DNA of 62,415 bases, counting the filler, from Choristocarpus tenellus KU-1152 (taxonomy: Eukaryota; Protista; Phaeophyceae): assembly GCA_964200185.2 (NCBI GenBank). It is 12 parts of 12 records of this genome, joined end to end, with 100 filler letters (N's around TTAATTAATTAA, not from the genome) between each part and the next. Parts side by side here need not be neighbours in the genome. Positions count along the whole stretch, not along the records: positions 10,413 to 15,991 come from CAXNAD020010363.1; positions 16,092 to 21,677 come from CAXNAD020010343.1; positions 21,778 to 26,939 come from CAXNAD020011658.1; 9 more parts are not named here. One strand, 5' to 3'. The notes under the pieces were generated by a model. The model was not told where the DNA came from. It was given only the letters and a program-made list of their open reading frames with translations, and made no database searches. Position numbers and translations under genes: made by a program. This document shows, one piece after another, positions 10,516-21,797 of this stretch. Within the stretch, counting starts at the first letter, position 1. Every line of letters begins with the position of its first letter.

Positions 10516-11981
10516 CTTGAGAAACGTTTAAACATGGCTCGTTGGCTATCATTCCTTGTCCTCTGCCTTGTCTCCCTAGCAAGCTCATCCCAATCCTCCT
10601 GACACTTGAAGGCAGGTCCTTCCAGAGGCAGGTCGAGCATGACCCCATTCCCGTCCATGCCCAAGAAATTCTCTACTTCAGGCTCATATGACATGGGCAC
10701 GTACACTGATGTCCATCGATGAAAGGCAGACTGTAAGGAGATAGTAGTAACCAGCTCAATTACAGCTGCCGGCGAATAAAGCCAAGAGATGACAGACACA
10801 AGCTCGGGTGACAACAAAGAGTTGGCGTCATAACTTGCAGCTTGAGCCATCGCCATCGCCATCTCCTCCTTGTCGTCAGGCTCACCAGATGTGCTCCCCA
10901 CCTCACCCATGCTGGCAGCTTTGACTCTCTTTTCCGATGGTGAGAGCATAAAATGAGTCTCAGCTGCGACAACTGCTTCTCCAGCATCTGTGGTTGCTAC
11001 GGATGCATCCCCTGCTCCTCGTGTGATTTCGACAAGGCGAGAAATCGACACTCCGGCTCTGTAGGCCATGAATGCAAAGTGGGCTCTGAGGATGTTGTTT
11101 CCTGCGTTTGTGGCAGAGATGTAGCACATCATGGCCTTGACACGTGTGGGCACCTCCTCAGAGCCCTCGCACAGGCGTAGCAGGAAGGCGTATGCCAAGG
11201 CGTGCTTTGCATTGGAGTGCAGCATGCGCCTATGTGTCGGATATATAATGTGTGCCAAAAAGTTAGTATTTGAAATGAGGATACTCACAGGTAGAGGAAG
11301 TATCGAACGCATCAACTAAAGGTTGGAAGATTGCATGAATATACACAATTTTCAACCTTGCAATTACATGTAACTTTGAAATATCGGGCATACAAGGTAG
11401 TGTGCACGTGACAAAAGTTGTTGGAGAAATAATCTTCACAGAAAATGCCAATCTCATGACATGGTACCCGACCTGTTTTTGTAAACGTTTCACCTACAAC
11501 TTAGTACACAGAACATCAGCCATCATTTCACATCTACACACCAAAAAAAGATTAGATGTAGGCATACATCTTTGTAGGGGTACTGAAATTGTATCAATTG
11601 AAAAAAATATTATCCCAATCACATCGCTAAGGACAAAAAAAATTACAAAAATCTCTGAAGAAAAAATCACTAGCTTTGCGTAGTAGGGGACAAAGCCTGA
11701 CTTGGTCTTGTACAGCTGATAGATCTTTCTGTCAGTAGATGGAATCCATATATCTGTGTAGGAGCTCTGAAATTATATGTATTGAAGTAACTACTATCCC
11801 AATCACAATGCAAAAGATTGCAGTCAAATCACAATTTCTGAAGACACCATCACTAGCCTTAGATAGTAGGGGACAAAGCCTGCCTTGGTCTTGCAGAGCT
11901 GATAGATCTTGCAGTCACTAGAAGGAATCTTCGCCAGGGCCTTCATATCTGCCCTCTTAGCCCCCCAAAGAAAAAACATAT
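10516..11981 (-). CDS. AhpD/carboxymuconolactone-decarboxylase-like helical protein, two internal exons, partial
   Basis: Exon 11981-11858 (..KIYQLCKTKAGFVPYYLR, predicted GC donor) joins in phase 2 to exon 11229-10516 (RMLHSNAKHALAY...VKAMMCYISATNAGNNILRAHF...AGV...LYSPAAVIELVTTISLQSAFHRW). The GFVP and s...viElv..is......R patterns resemble AhpD/CMD proteins; no CxxC is seen. Confidence 0.55.
11553..11929. repeat. 183-bp tandem duplication spanning an exon 3' end and donor site
   Basis: TAGTAGGGGACAAAGCCTG.CTTGGTCTTG...AGCTGATAGATCTT occurs at ~11681 and ~11864. TAGA(T/A)G anchors at 11553, 11736 and 11919. Confidence 0.9.
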
Positions 11982-13751
11982 CTGTCGTTGGACAAGCAAC
12001 AAAAATAACGCTATGGGTAAGGAGAGGGGCCAGGGGGGAGCTTCAAGTAGAATTGTGATTTTAGTCAACGGTCCAATGTGACTACAAAATAACCTGATAG
12101 TGGTATATGCTGGATCCATTAATGTGTTACTGCTCCACCAACCCCCGATTTCTTAGTGGATGGAAACTGGGAGTTTTCTCAACTTGTTGATGGCCTGCCC
12201 CCAAAAAGGCTCATATTCCGACTGCAAGGGTAAGGTGTCTGGGAAAATGGAAGGAGTGATGGAATGTTTGCGAGGGTTAACGATCATGATCCTATGCTAC
12301 ACACTATAATCACAGTGTTGAGAAGTTCGGGTTTTCCTAGTACTCTTTCACAGGTATAGGTATGCCAAACACAACGACCAATGACATTTCTCACAGATGT
12401 CATCGAGAATCTACTATTGACTTCAAACCAAAAGATGAGAACTAGTCCACTTATTTCTTTGCACAAAGTTGTAGAAAGGTGTGTGATTATTGAGATATTT
12501 GACTTCTTGGCATGACCAACCACTAAATGGGACTAGTTTACTCATGAAAGCTAAACCTAGTTCTGAACACCATTTGCCACTTCCACCATGAAATTAGTGA
12601 CCCTTGGCCTGACAACCAAGTTGATGCTTGGGCCACAAGAAATTCAGCATAGTTCCTAAGTCAGAGCCAGAAGAAAACAAAACAGATTCACAGCTGTGAG
12701 GTGCTACTGGTTGTGTGGCTACATATACTCTAAGTATGTAATGTACGATATCTAAAAATCCAAACCCATCGTTTCTCTCAGTAAACCTTTTCTCAAGACC
12801 TTGCCGAAATTGCAAGTCATCACTCAACTGTTTCCATGCTTTGGCCGCCCATACTGTATTCAAGTGACCTGTGGTCTGGATTACGATCAATACCTGGGTC
12901 TGATGGGGCTTTTTCAGGTCAAACCTCTTCTCCACTATCAATTAGGTGGTGCACCAAGGGGCTGGAACGTCCCTTATGATCAGAGTTCGCGATTGAACTG
13001 AATTCCCTTCGATAGCTCATCCTAGGTCTCCTGTTATGGCCAGTTGAATGCCACAAATAAACCTCAGTACATTCTAACGAGTCTATATAATTCCTGCATC
13101 ATATTGGATTTTGAAATTTCATTTTTGAAGGATCGCGAGAATTTCATCATAGCGCAGTATATGCCTACTTTTCTATACACAGTAGTAGAAGATTGAGAGG
13201 AACACCAATATGTCAACACTTTAGCCACTGTACTCAGGGTGGTTGACGCATTCCTTTTTCATCAATCCTTTTTCATCAATCGATTCACAACTACTACTGA
13301 GATGGCATCATCCCTTCCAAAAAATGTTGCAAGTCCACTCCAACTCTCCTTCATGTTAGGAGGATTGTTGTCAGCAATCAAACTCTACAGCCTTGAAGTC
13401 TGACACGTGGAAATTTACCAATATATTTCCAGGGCTGCTCCCTGGGTATGCGCTGTTCACCTTGTGTCTATTACTGAAGTACTACTTTATGCACTAGAGC
13501 ATAATCCTCTGTGGCAAAAATGATATTCAGGGCCTTTCATCAGCATCCTCAAAGGATCAGTGGCCAAAGAGACTGTTCAATACATGAACGTTGCAGGTAT
13601 AAACCCAATCGACGCCAGAGTTTATTTTCAAATAAGTCTGGTTTCAATTATTCGAAGTCCACATGGCAAACCTACACCTATGTATGATCCCGCCCGCAAA
13701 GCCCTCTAAAACTCCATTCCAGCACGATATTTGCTGGATCCACTGGGGCAT

Positions 13752-14887
13752 TCAGGGGAAGCTTCCCCCCCTTCTCAGTCTCTTCTTTGCTAATATGGAG
13801 AATTTTGAAGTGATGTTGTCACCCTTGGACCCCAGTACTTCACCATAGGCTGCAAAGAGGCCCTGCCACACACACTGTAGTGTCTCCTGTGGGTACACAT
13901 TGGGCGCCTCCAATGTGGCCTCCACCAGCTCCTCTGTGTTGATCACCCCCACGTCTTCCTTCAGTTGCTGGATGGAATGAAAGAATCCCAGGTTCTTGGT
14001 GTTGAGGCCAGGTGAGTTGGTCGGCTGGGTCTCTATGACAATGACACCCCCAACCCCCTCCTTGATTGCTTCCATGATCCCCCCTTTGGTGTGTGGCTTT
14101 ACCCCATCCTGCTGCACGAAGATGCTGTGTCATTCCAGCCTAGGCATTTGGGCCTTGATTGCCGAAATGATATCTTCGACCATGAGCTTCTTATACCTCT
14201 CCCCGTCCACTGTGGCTGGAACAAGCACCTTGGCGCCCTTGGGGCAGTGTTTGCTGTAGCATTGAGCGAACTTCGTGTCCATGATTTCCAAGATACCAAT
14301 CTTCCCATCAAACCACACCCCATTGGAGAGCTTCCTAGGGCAGGCCACAGCTGCAAGGAAGATCACCTTGGTAATATAACGCTTATTCTTCTCTGCCCGT
14401 GGGCAGTTGTGGGAGTCCTCAATGGGGTGCAGGTACACACCTTGCCCATCTTTCAAGATATGAAACCACTTCTCATCCACATGCACCTAGTCATATAGAT
14501 TGTCCAACAATACCCCACTTACCCCCATCCTGTGCATATGGCTGATTGCGAAACTCACCTTGTTGGCTTTTGCTGGTCTGAGAGGGCTGGCGTCATCCAT
14601 CACTTGACCTTCTTGACCCTCTGGCACTTGCACAGATCCCACAACGAGCCAAGGGAGACCCCAGCTTTGACAGCCGAAATGCGGAAGGATGTGTAGTGTA
14701 CCGATGGGACATCCCAAACGTCAAGGATACTTGTACGGTGGTTACATCCCCCCTTGTGACATAGTACAAGGTCCATGCATTCACCTTGTGCAATCTGGCT
14801 GTTATAATCCTTCAGAGGGAAGAAGTCCTCCACGATAGCTGCCCCCCCCCCCCGAGGCATATGAGTCTCACACCCTCTCGCCTCCAT
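13752..14887 (-). mobile_element. Tc1/mariner transposase pseudogene (plant/oomycete DD39D-like group)
   Basis: Motifs HVDEKWF, KVIFLAAVACPR...WFDGKIG, QQDGVKPH and QPTNSPGLNTKNLGFFHSIQ. Broken by stops and frameshifts. The third catalytic D position reads N, 37 residues after the second D. Confidence 0.9.
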
Positions 14888-15869
14888 TCATCGCGCCATC
14901 ACGCTGTTCTTCGTCGGTGTGAATGAGTCTGGACCCCGGACAGACTCATAGCCCGAAGAATTGCGACCCAAGGGCGACGACAGGATGAGCGAGCCGATCG
15001 AACGAGAGGGCACCTTTGTCCTAGGTATCCAAATAAATTCCCACTTTGACAGTTTCACAAGGTTTTTGAACCCTGTCAAATGTGACTTGGTCGGCTTTGC
15101 ACCTCAAACTTTGCACGCCTCCCAATCAATATGAGAACTCTACATGAGAACCAAGCCTCTTCCAGATGGTTTATTAGGTCGTTCCCTCGCAAGAACGGAA
15201 CTTGCAAAAGTTATGTTAAATTTAATTCCAAACGGAAGAAGCATACAAAAGTAAGCAACAATAGACACCTTCTGTAACCTCGCATGCTGTCAGTGTTAGG
15301 GAGGTCGTTCCATTTTGAGGAAAGTCACAGCCCGTGCAGAAGATGATTGAAACCCATTTGACATCTACAAAATGAAGGTCATATTTCGAGGGGAATAAAC
15401 AACAAAAATCAACTCACATGAAAAAAAATTCGGCGGATCCTTTCGCATTTTTGTCTCCTCCTCTTCGTCTTCCTCCATCAACTCCCTATCAGCCTTCTCC
15501 TCAAAGTGAATCCCTGGCTCCCAGCCACTTGGACCAAGATTCTGAAGGCTTGCTTCCAATATCTTTTTTTCAAGAGTCATGCCCATCGTGACCCTTCAAT
15601 GCTCAGTATCCAAATGAGTGTTTATTGGGGGGGAGTTCTGTACTGTGAGTGTGATTTCTGAGGTTGTGGCCGCTCATGTTGCTCTGACCAAGGCCTGCGC
15701 TCAAAGCAGTACCTCGTCTATGACAATGAAGGACAAACCATATGGGTACTGGTGACACATTTGAAAAAATATATATATACGTGACTACCTCCAATCGTAG
15801 GGCTACAGTTAATACGAAATATCAGTATAATGGATGGGCAATTGCGATCAAAACTGTAGTGTTGTTGTA

Positions 15870-15952
15870 AATGAACCAAAGTAAACAAGAGGTACCAGGT
15901 TTTGACCATTTTACATTTTAAGTCTGTTTTTCAATCTCTTGCAATTCACCCG
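15870..15952. repeat. Dispersed repeat end shared with ~31040-31119
   Basis: CCAAAGTAAAC..A.GGTA.CCAGG.TTTG.CC.TTTTACATTTTAAG...TTTTT.AATCT.T..AATTC.CCCG at both loci. The second copy is followed by TA. Confidence 0.65.
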
Positions 15953-15954
15953 TT

Positions 15955-15991
15955 GACCAAAGTATCTGGGAGGAGGGGGGGGGGTCTACAC
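15955..15991 (+). mobile_element. MITE family A left terminus
   Basis: GACCAAAGTATCTGGGAGGAGGGGGGGGGGTCTACAC. Confidence 0.8.
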
Positions 15992-16091
15992 NNNNNNNNN
16001 NNNNNNNNNNNNNNNNNNNNNNNNNNNNNNNNNNNTTAATTAATTAANNNNNNNNNNNNNNNNNNNNNNNNNNNNNNNNNNNNNNNNNNNN

Positions 16092-16543
16092 CAACGTACC
16101 CAATCTCAAGCACTACTGCCCCTCAACCAAACGTTTGCAGTCATCGTTGAGTTCAGGATCCTTTACACCACATATACCATTGAGGTGCCCACCACACTTA
16201 CGGCACTTGTGGATTGTGTAGAATGGCGGACCCGGTGTGTTCGAAGGCATCTTGCAGAGGTTTCCCGCGGCATAAGGCATGGCTTCCACTTTATTCACGT
16301 ACCAGCAACGTACTGTACTGCTATATGGTATAGCATGACTCAGGAAGAAAGGCACTTTTGGCGAGATATTTTTACGCGCGCCAATCTCGTGTGAATATCT
16401 CTGGGAATTTATGCCAAATCGCCTGAATACAAGAATTCTGATAAAATAGCCTATTTTTTTGAGTATGTCGAAAAAACCGGTGCAAAATTGAATATTTTTG
16501 GATTTGGTTCATAATATTTGGCACAAAATCGGGGTAGGTACTG
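16092..16543 (-). mobile_element. 5' end of a probable pogo-like DNA transposon with a Cys/His-finger N-terminus
   Basis: Minus strand begins TA|CAGTACCTACCCCG, a CAGT-type terminus after TA. Downstream peptide CKMP...HKCRKCGGHLNGICG. Confidence 0.45.
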
Positions 16544-17092
16544 TACTAATAATGATAGTGTAAAGAGAGCTCTTCAAGAACCATTAAATATATACATACG
16601 TATCTGATCCTCCTCACAAAATATATTTAGCAGCTAATATGTAGATAATTATTTGAGACCAATATATGAGCAACCGTACCAAGTAAACGTTTTCTCTTCA
16701 ACATCAAATAGTGTGACACCATGATAAAACGCCCCTCAAAGTTGTACTTTGAAATACGACTACTAGCTTCACCCATTCTCACACCTAGTAGTACGGAGGT
16801 TTGCGTGTATGTATGCAAATGGAACCTACTAAATCATCTCACTCCAAATCGAAGGTAAGACGATTAACTCTGCAAGTGACAACAACTTGTGGGTAGTGAA
16901 CTAAGGGAAACTGGTATGGCGTACCTAGTGGGATTCCTCACGGAACACAGTTTGGGTAGGACCTTTCTTCAATGACTGCAATCTGTGAAGCCCAGTTCTA
17001 TCGTGGTATCACAGTATGTGATTTTGACTACTACATATTCAGTCCTTGCATATTCCCTTCAAACAAAAGGATGGATGAAGAACCTCCACATA

Positions 17093-17280
17093 CAACAGCC
17101 GATTTCAAAAATTGAGGATGGAGTTTTTCATTGAGGATGGGCTTGACCCAAAATTGACTGGGATAAAGTGTCGATATGTATTTTTTTTGTATTGAACAAC
17201 ATTTAAAAAAATACATATCGACACTTTATCCCAGTCAAGTTTGGGTCAAGCCCATCCTCAATTTTTGAAATCAGCTGTTA
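17093..17280. mobile_element. Fold-back (near-perfect palindromic) MITE flanked by TA
   Basis: Arm 17093-17188 is the reverse complement of arm ~17205-17280, with a loop of ~16 nt. The left arm carries an extra duplicated ATTGAGGATGG segment. TA at 17091-17092 and 17281-17282. Confidence 0.75.
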
Positions 17281-18349
17281 TACATGCGTTCTGCATGTGT
17301 ACAATAGAGAATAGCCAACTACAAATACAAAAATGGAGATTTTATCTTGTTCCGACCGAGTCATTTTGACACGGTTGATATGAATGCCTCTCAAAATGCA
17401 ATAACCGACCGGATTATCAACCACATCAAAGCTTCATCTTGAGAGATTCACCTGGTTACAGACTGCTGCCGAAGCATGGATATGATATGGTAGAAACATC
17501 ACAAGTCCAAAAGATGGAGCCTGATGATCTTAAAAAATACATTAAAAGTATCAAGTAACTGTAACTGGTCAGAGGTGGTGTCATCAATATAAAAAAAAGA
17601 ATAGTCACAACTTCCACCACTACCAGACTTGCGACTCACTAAAAATGATTTTGGTATCCAATTGCTCTTTCCATCACACCCAACAATCCATTGCAAAATA
17701 AAAAGAACCTTCCCCCTTCTCACTCTTGGACACAACTCTAAGACAAAAGAACTCTTTTAACCCAGCAGCAAAGTCCGTACAACCTCCTACAGAATACAGG
17801 GAACACATGAGGCAAACCTACTTCACCTGACCACTTCTCAGTGTCCAATTTAGGATGTGGGCAATCAAAACATGTCTACCCAAAAAGCATGCCCTCCTTG
17901 GTGCACACACAAACACACAACATAACACAGCACAGCACAGCACAGCACAACGCAACGCAACACAGCACCAGTACATTATTATGATTAATGCACATGAAAG
18001 GGAGATGGACCAAGCTATAAATAACAGGGTGGTGATGATGTACCATACGGTGTGAAGAAATATTTTGTACCTTGATTGGGCATGAAGAATAGATGTATGA
18101 GGTAAAGTAGACACAAGGAATGGAAAAAAAATATGCTGAGAGACGCCAAGTAAGGTGGGACAAAACCCCCCAAGCCTTGCCACCAAGATTGCAACCAGGA
18201 GGCACACTTCAGGTCACGAGTGAAGCCCCTGTCCTCCCTAGGAATGGATCTGAAATCTATCCTCTGGGACAACATATCCTACCTGCTTTGCATGCACAAA
18301 GCACAGCTAGTGCTAAGTCCCGCTGTGCCCTGGACTGTGGCCCTATTGG

Positions 18350-20806
18350 TCACTCAAAGGCATACACCTCTACACAGGTGACTTCAAAGTCTGTCAAGTT
18401 TTTTGCGGCCAGCCTTTCATTCCCGTATGTCTCACACACATCACTAGTTCCTCGAGTAAGATCGTTATACAGCTTGAGCCCACAATTTGCTGTCACTGGA
18501 CTTACACCCTGCCATTGCAAGTGGTGCAGGAGGGATGTGGTGCATTAGAGGGCTCAAGATTGGTTTAGATTGTGGGTGGGATGGGGGGACCTCCACTGTC
18601 AATAGGGTGTTGACTTTAAGACGACATCAGCAAGAACTGTGCCTCTCATTCCACTAGCCAGCATGGGCAACAAATTCGCTGTATGAAGTACTTGCCCTTA
18701 CTGTATCTGAAAGATACAGCCCAGCCTACTAAATCTAGGGTTTAATGGTAGAGGCCATGATAGGCCTCCGTCAAACATATCACATACATTTCATATAATA
18801 CACTTCACAGCAGTATACAACTATCAACCAACAGTTACATAACATAGCATACACATGCACTTACAACAATACTGACTGTGATGTTGTGCCCTTGTAATAC
18901 TTGCTGCAATGACCCACCATAGCAATGAAATCCTTTGTAGACATCATGAAGCTCTCATTCCGTGCGATGCGTCTATGTGCACTCATTGATGAAATGGAGT
19001 CCACTCTATTCAGTCCCCGGTGTCGGCTGCCCATTCCATGGCGGCTGTTCCCCATGCCTACTAGCCCATGCCTACTAGTTCCTGTGATTGCTGTTCCATC
19101 TGTGCCAACCCTGACACCAAAAGTAACCAGGGAACCAGCACAAGCAAATTGGGAAACATGAAGACCAAATACAAATAATGGGGGCAGAAGATGATTCGAA
19201 GTCCCAAAGAGTCAAGACCATCGGAGGGATCATGGCACTCCCGTTTGATATACACTGCTTGGTGGAAAGAGTCATCACATACTGTAATTGTAAGTGGATT
19301 ATGATCTTGATCTCTTTGGCCTGGAGGAACCAACTACTCCAACACCACGTCTTCTTAAGCAACACAGTGTGCTGCACAAAAACAAATCGGAAGTCACACA
19401 AAGTTGTATTGCGGACCAATGCTTTCTGTTCCAGGCTTCTTTCCCCCTACCATCGGAATCCAATGCACAAACAGGGAATAAATACACCGTTGTGTGGTTG
19501 ACCTGATGCACACCACCCAAAACATAAAAGGGACGTGTTGTAGTAGGAGGTACTAGTTGTTGACGCAGAAAGCAAGAGATTGTTTTTGGAAGGATCATTA
19601 CGACACAATGGATAATATATGGATGGGTGCAGTGGAGATTGACTGAGCTGTTTATGGGGAAGGGAAAGGGGAAGGGGGAGGGGGAGGGGGAGGGGGAGGG
19701 GGAGGAGTGTATTTTGTATTATACAAGACAAGCGATACCCCTGGTAGGAGGGAGGGAAGGACCCACTTGTGATGTTTGCTGGTGCTGTTGATGCGGTGGA
19801 GACTGGTGACACTTGACCTGTGGAGACTCACATTTGGAAGGTGAAATCCATGCTTCTCCTGTGTGCATACGGGGTACAAAATAGTCAACAGACAGGTCGC
19901 AAGAGAGAGTAAGAAAAATAGCCAAAGGATGGGGCGGAAGGGGGGAGGAAGAGAACTTGATCATGAGTTGAGTTAAGGGGCTCTCATTGGTAGACACATT
20001 TCATACTGTCTTGAATCGAATACCCACTGAGAGTAGAGAGCTTGACTCGGTACCTGCAGAGGATCACCAGTAGAGAAACATTGATCTGTATGCACTGCAT
20101 TCCATTTCCCCCCGCCCCATGCCACTTACCTTTTGTGCATGCTGCTTGACAAAGTCTAGGCCCCCATCTGCCCTCCATCGGAACGTGGCTGCATTGGGGT
20201 TGAGGCGAAATAAGAAGCACTGCCCATTGCCAAAAATGGCATTGTGCGGCTAGGGGGGACAAAGTAGAGACGAGGGCATGGGGGGAGGTGAGGGGAGGGG
20301 GGGAGAAACATAGTTCAGAACACGGATGAGGTGGATGCATGACAGACTGATGAGGAATCCCCCCCCCAAAACTATGGCTAGTCATGCGCTGTTGTATTTG
20401 AATCGTTTGATGTTCATATTCAAAGATCACCCTACAACACAACCAGACAAAAGATCGGCACACAACTGGTCCTGCAGGATGATGAATGTCCAATCCAGGT
20501 TCCACAGTGCCTATCACCATCTGAAAAATGCATCAACTTTGCACATTTCAACTCCCAAAAATCTCACAGCCAGGTGCTGCTGGTACAGATCTCTCCTTCC
20601 ACCCCTACATTGTGATGCTACTGGAACCAACCTGCCAAGGATGAGAGCAGAAGCCCCCAAAAATCGCCCCATTGCTGGCTTCCACGACCAGTAGAGATGG
20701 TGCCACTGTCCTGCAGTGGCTGTACAAGAGGTTGAGGTTGTACCCATGTATCTCAGTTGTGAACACAACACGGAGGCGTTTATGCTTCAAGATCTCAGGC
20801 ACCCAA
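18350..20806 (-). CDS. TLDc-domain protein (OXR1/TBC1D24-type domain), 3' exons
   Basis: Exons 20806-20632 (VFTTEIHGYNLNLLY...LLVVEASNGAIFGGFCSHPWQ), 20249-20129 (PHNAIFGNGQCFLFRLNP...FRW), probable 19817-19739, 19110-18918 (NESFMMSTKDFIAM) and 18508-18350 (GLKLYNDLTRGTSDVCETYGNERL...FEVTCVEVYAFE*). All canonical TLDc motifs; exon phases are consistent. Confidence 0.9.
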
Positions 20807-21777
20807 CTGCAAAAAGTGCAATGGCAAGGGAGCAGGAACATCGTAGCAGGGGGTGGGGAGAGGGGGGGTTGGGAAGGGGAAGGGAAGGGTGAAGGTAGGA
20901 GAAAAATGGGATATGATTGACACACTGAGAGCAGGTGGTGGATAGAGTCCACGGATTACAGGGATTTGTTGCTTGGAGAAGAGGGTGAAAGGAGAGGGAT
21001 GCCCTCTTCAGCACCAACATTGAGATTGCTCACAGTCTAGATGAGGTGTGTGTGTGTGCGTGGGCAGAGAGGGAAGGGAAGGGAAGGGTTATTGACAATA
21101 AAAGACATACCCTATATGAAGCTCGCTTTACAGTTAGGCACAGGGTGTATATACCCTTGTACAAACACCTGCAGGGTGCATTCTTAGTATAAACATAAAA
21201 CTGTGCCCCCTCTGTCCACTAGAGTTCAATTCCTCCAGGTCACGAGTTCTTCTCATTGATTCAATTCAGGGCGTTGTGTTCAACTTTCAACTGAAAGAAC
21301 AATTTCATGAGAACAGGAGTGCATTTAATAGTAATATTCTCCTACAAATCTCTGCAACTCTTACACACAAAACAGTCTGAAACAGGAAATAAAATAACTC
21401 CAAAACACGTCCAAGTCCCCATAAAATTAACACTGCCCTTCCACCAAACTCAAAGTCATCCAAGCAACCAATCACACCCAAGCAAATCGCCATCACCTCA
21501 AAAAAGAAAGACACCCCCCCCCCCTCCATAATTTTCTCTACAACAACACATCCCTCACCACCCACAGTCCTTCAATCTCTTATCCCCATGCAACCCCCCC
21601 CCCCCCCCACCCCCAATACCACACCGGGCGCCCAAAAAAAAAGAACAAAAAAGAAAACACCCCCAACCCCAAAAAAANNNNNNNNNNNNNNNNNNNNNNN
21701 NNNNNNNNNNNNNNNNNNNNNTTAATTAATTAANNNNNNNNNNNNNNNNNNNNNNNNNNNNNNNNNNNNNNNNNNNN

Positions 21778-21797
21778 ATCCCCAGATACTTTGACCC
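21778..21797 (+). mobile_element. MITE family A right terminus
   Basis: CCCCAGATACTTTGACCC. Confidence 0.75.

Noticed and set aside
12050-13450. Decayed coding-like sequence next to the mariner element
   Set aside because: No recognisable motif in any frame examined.
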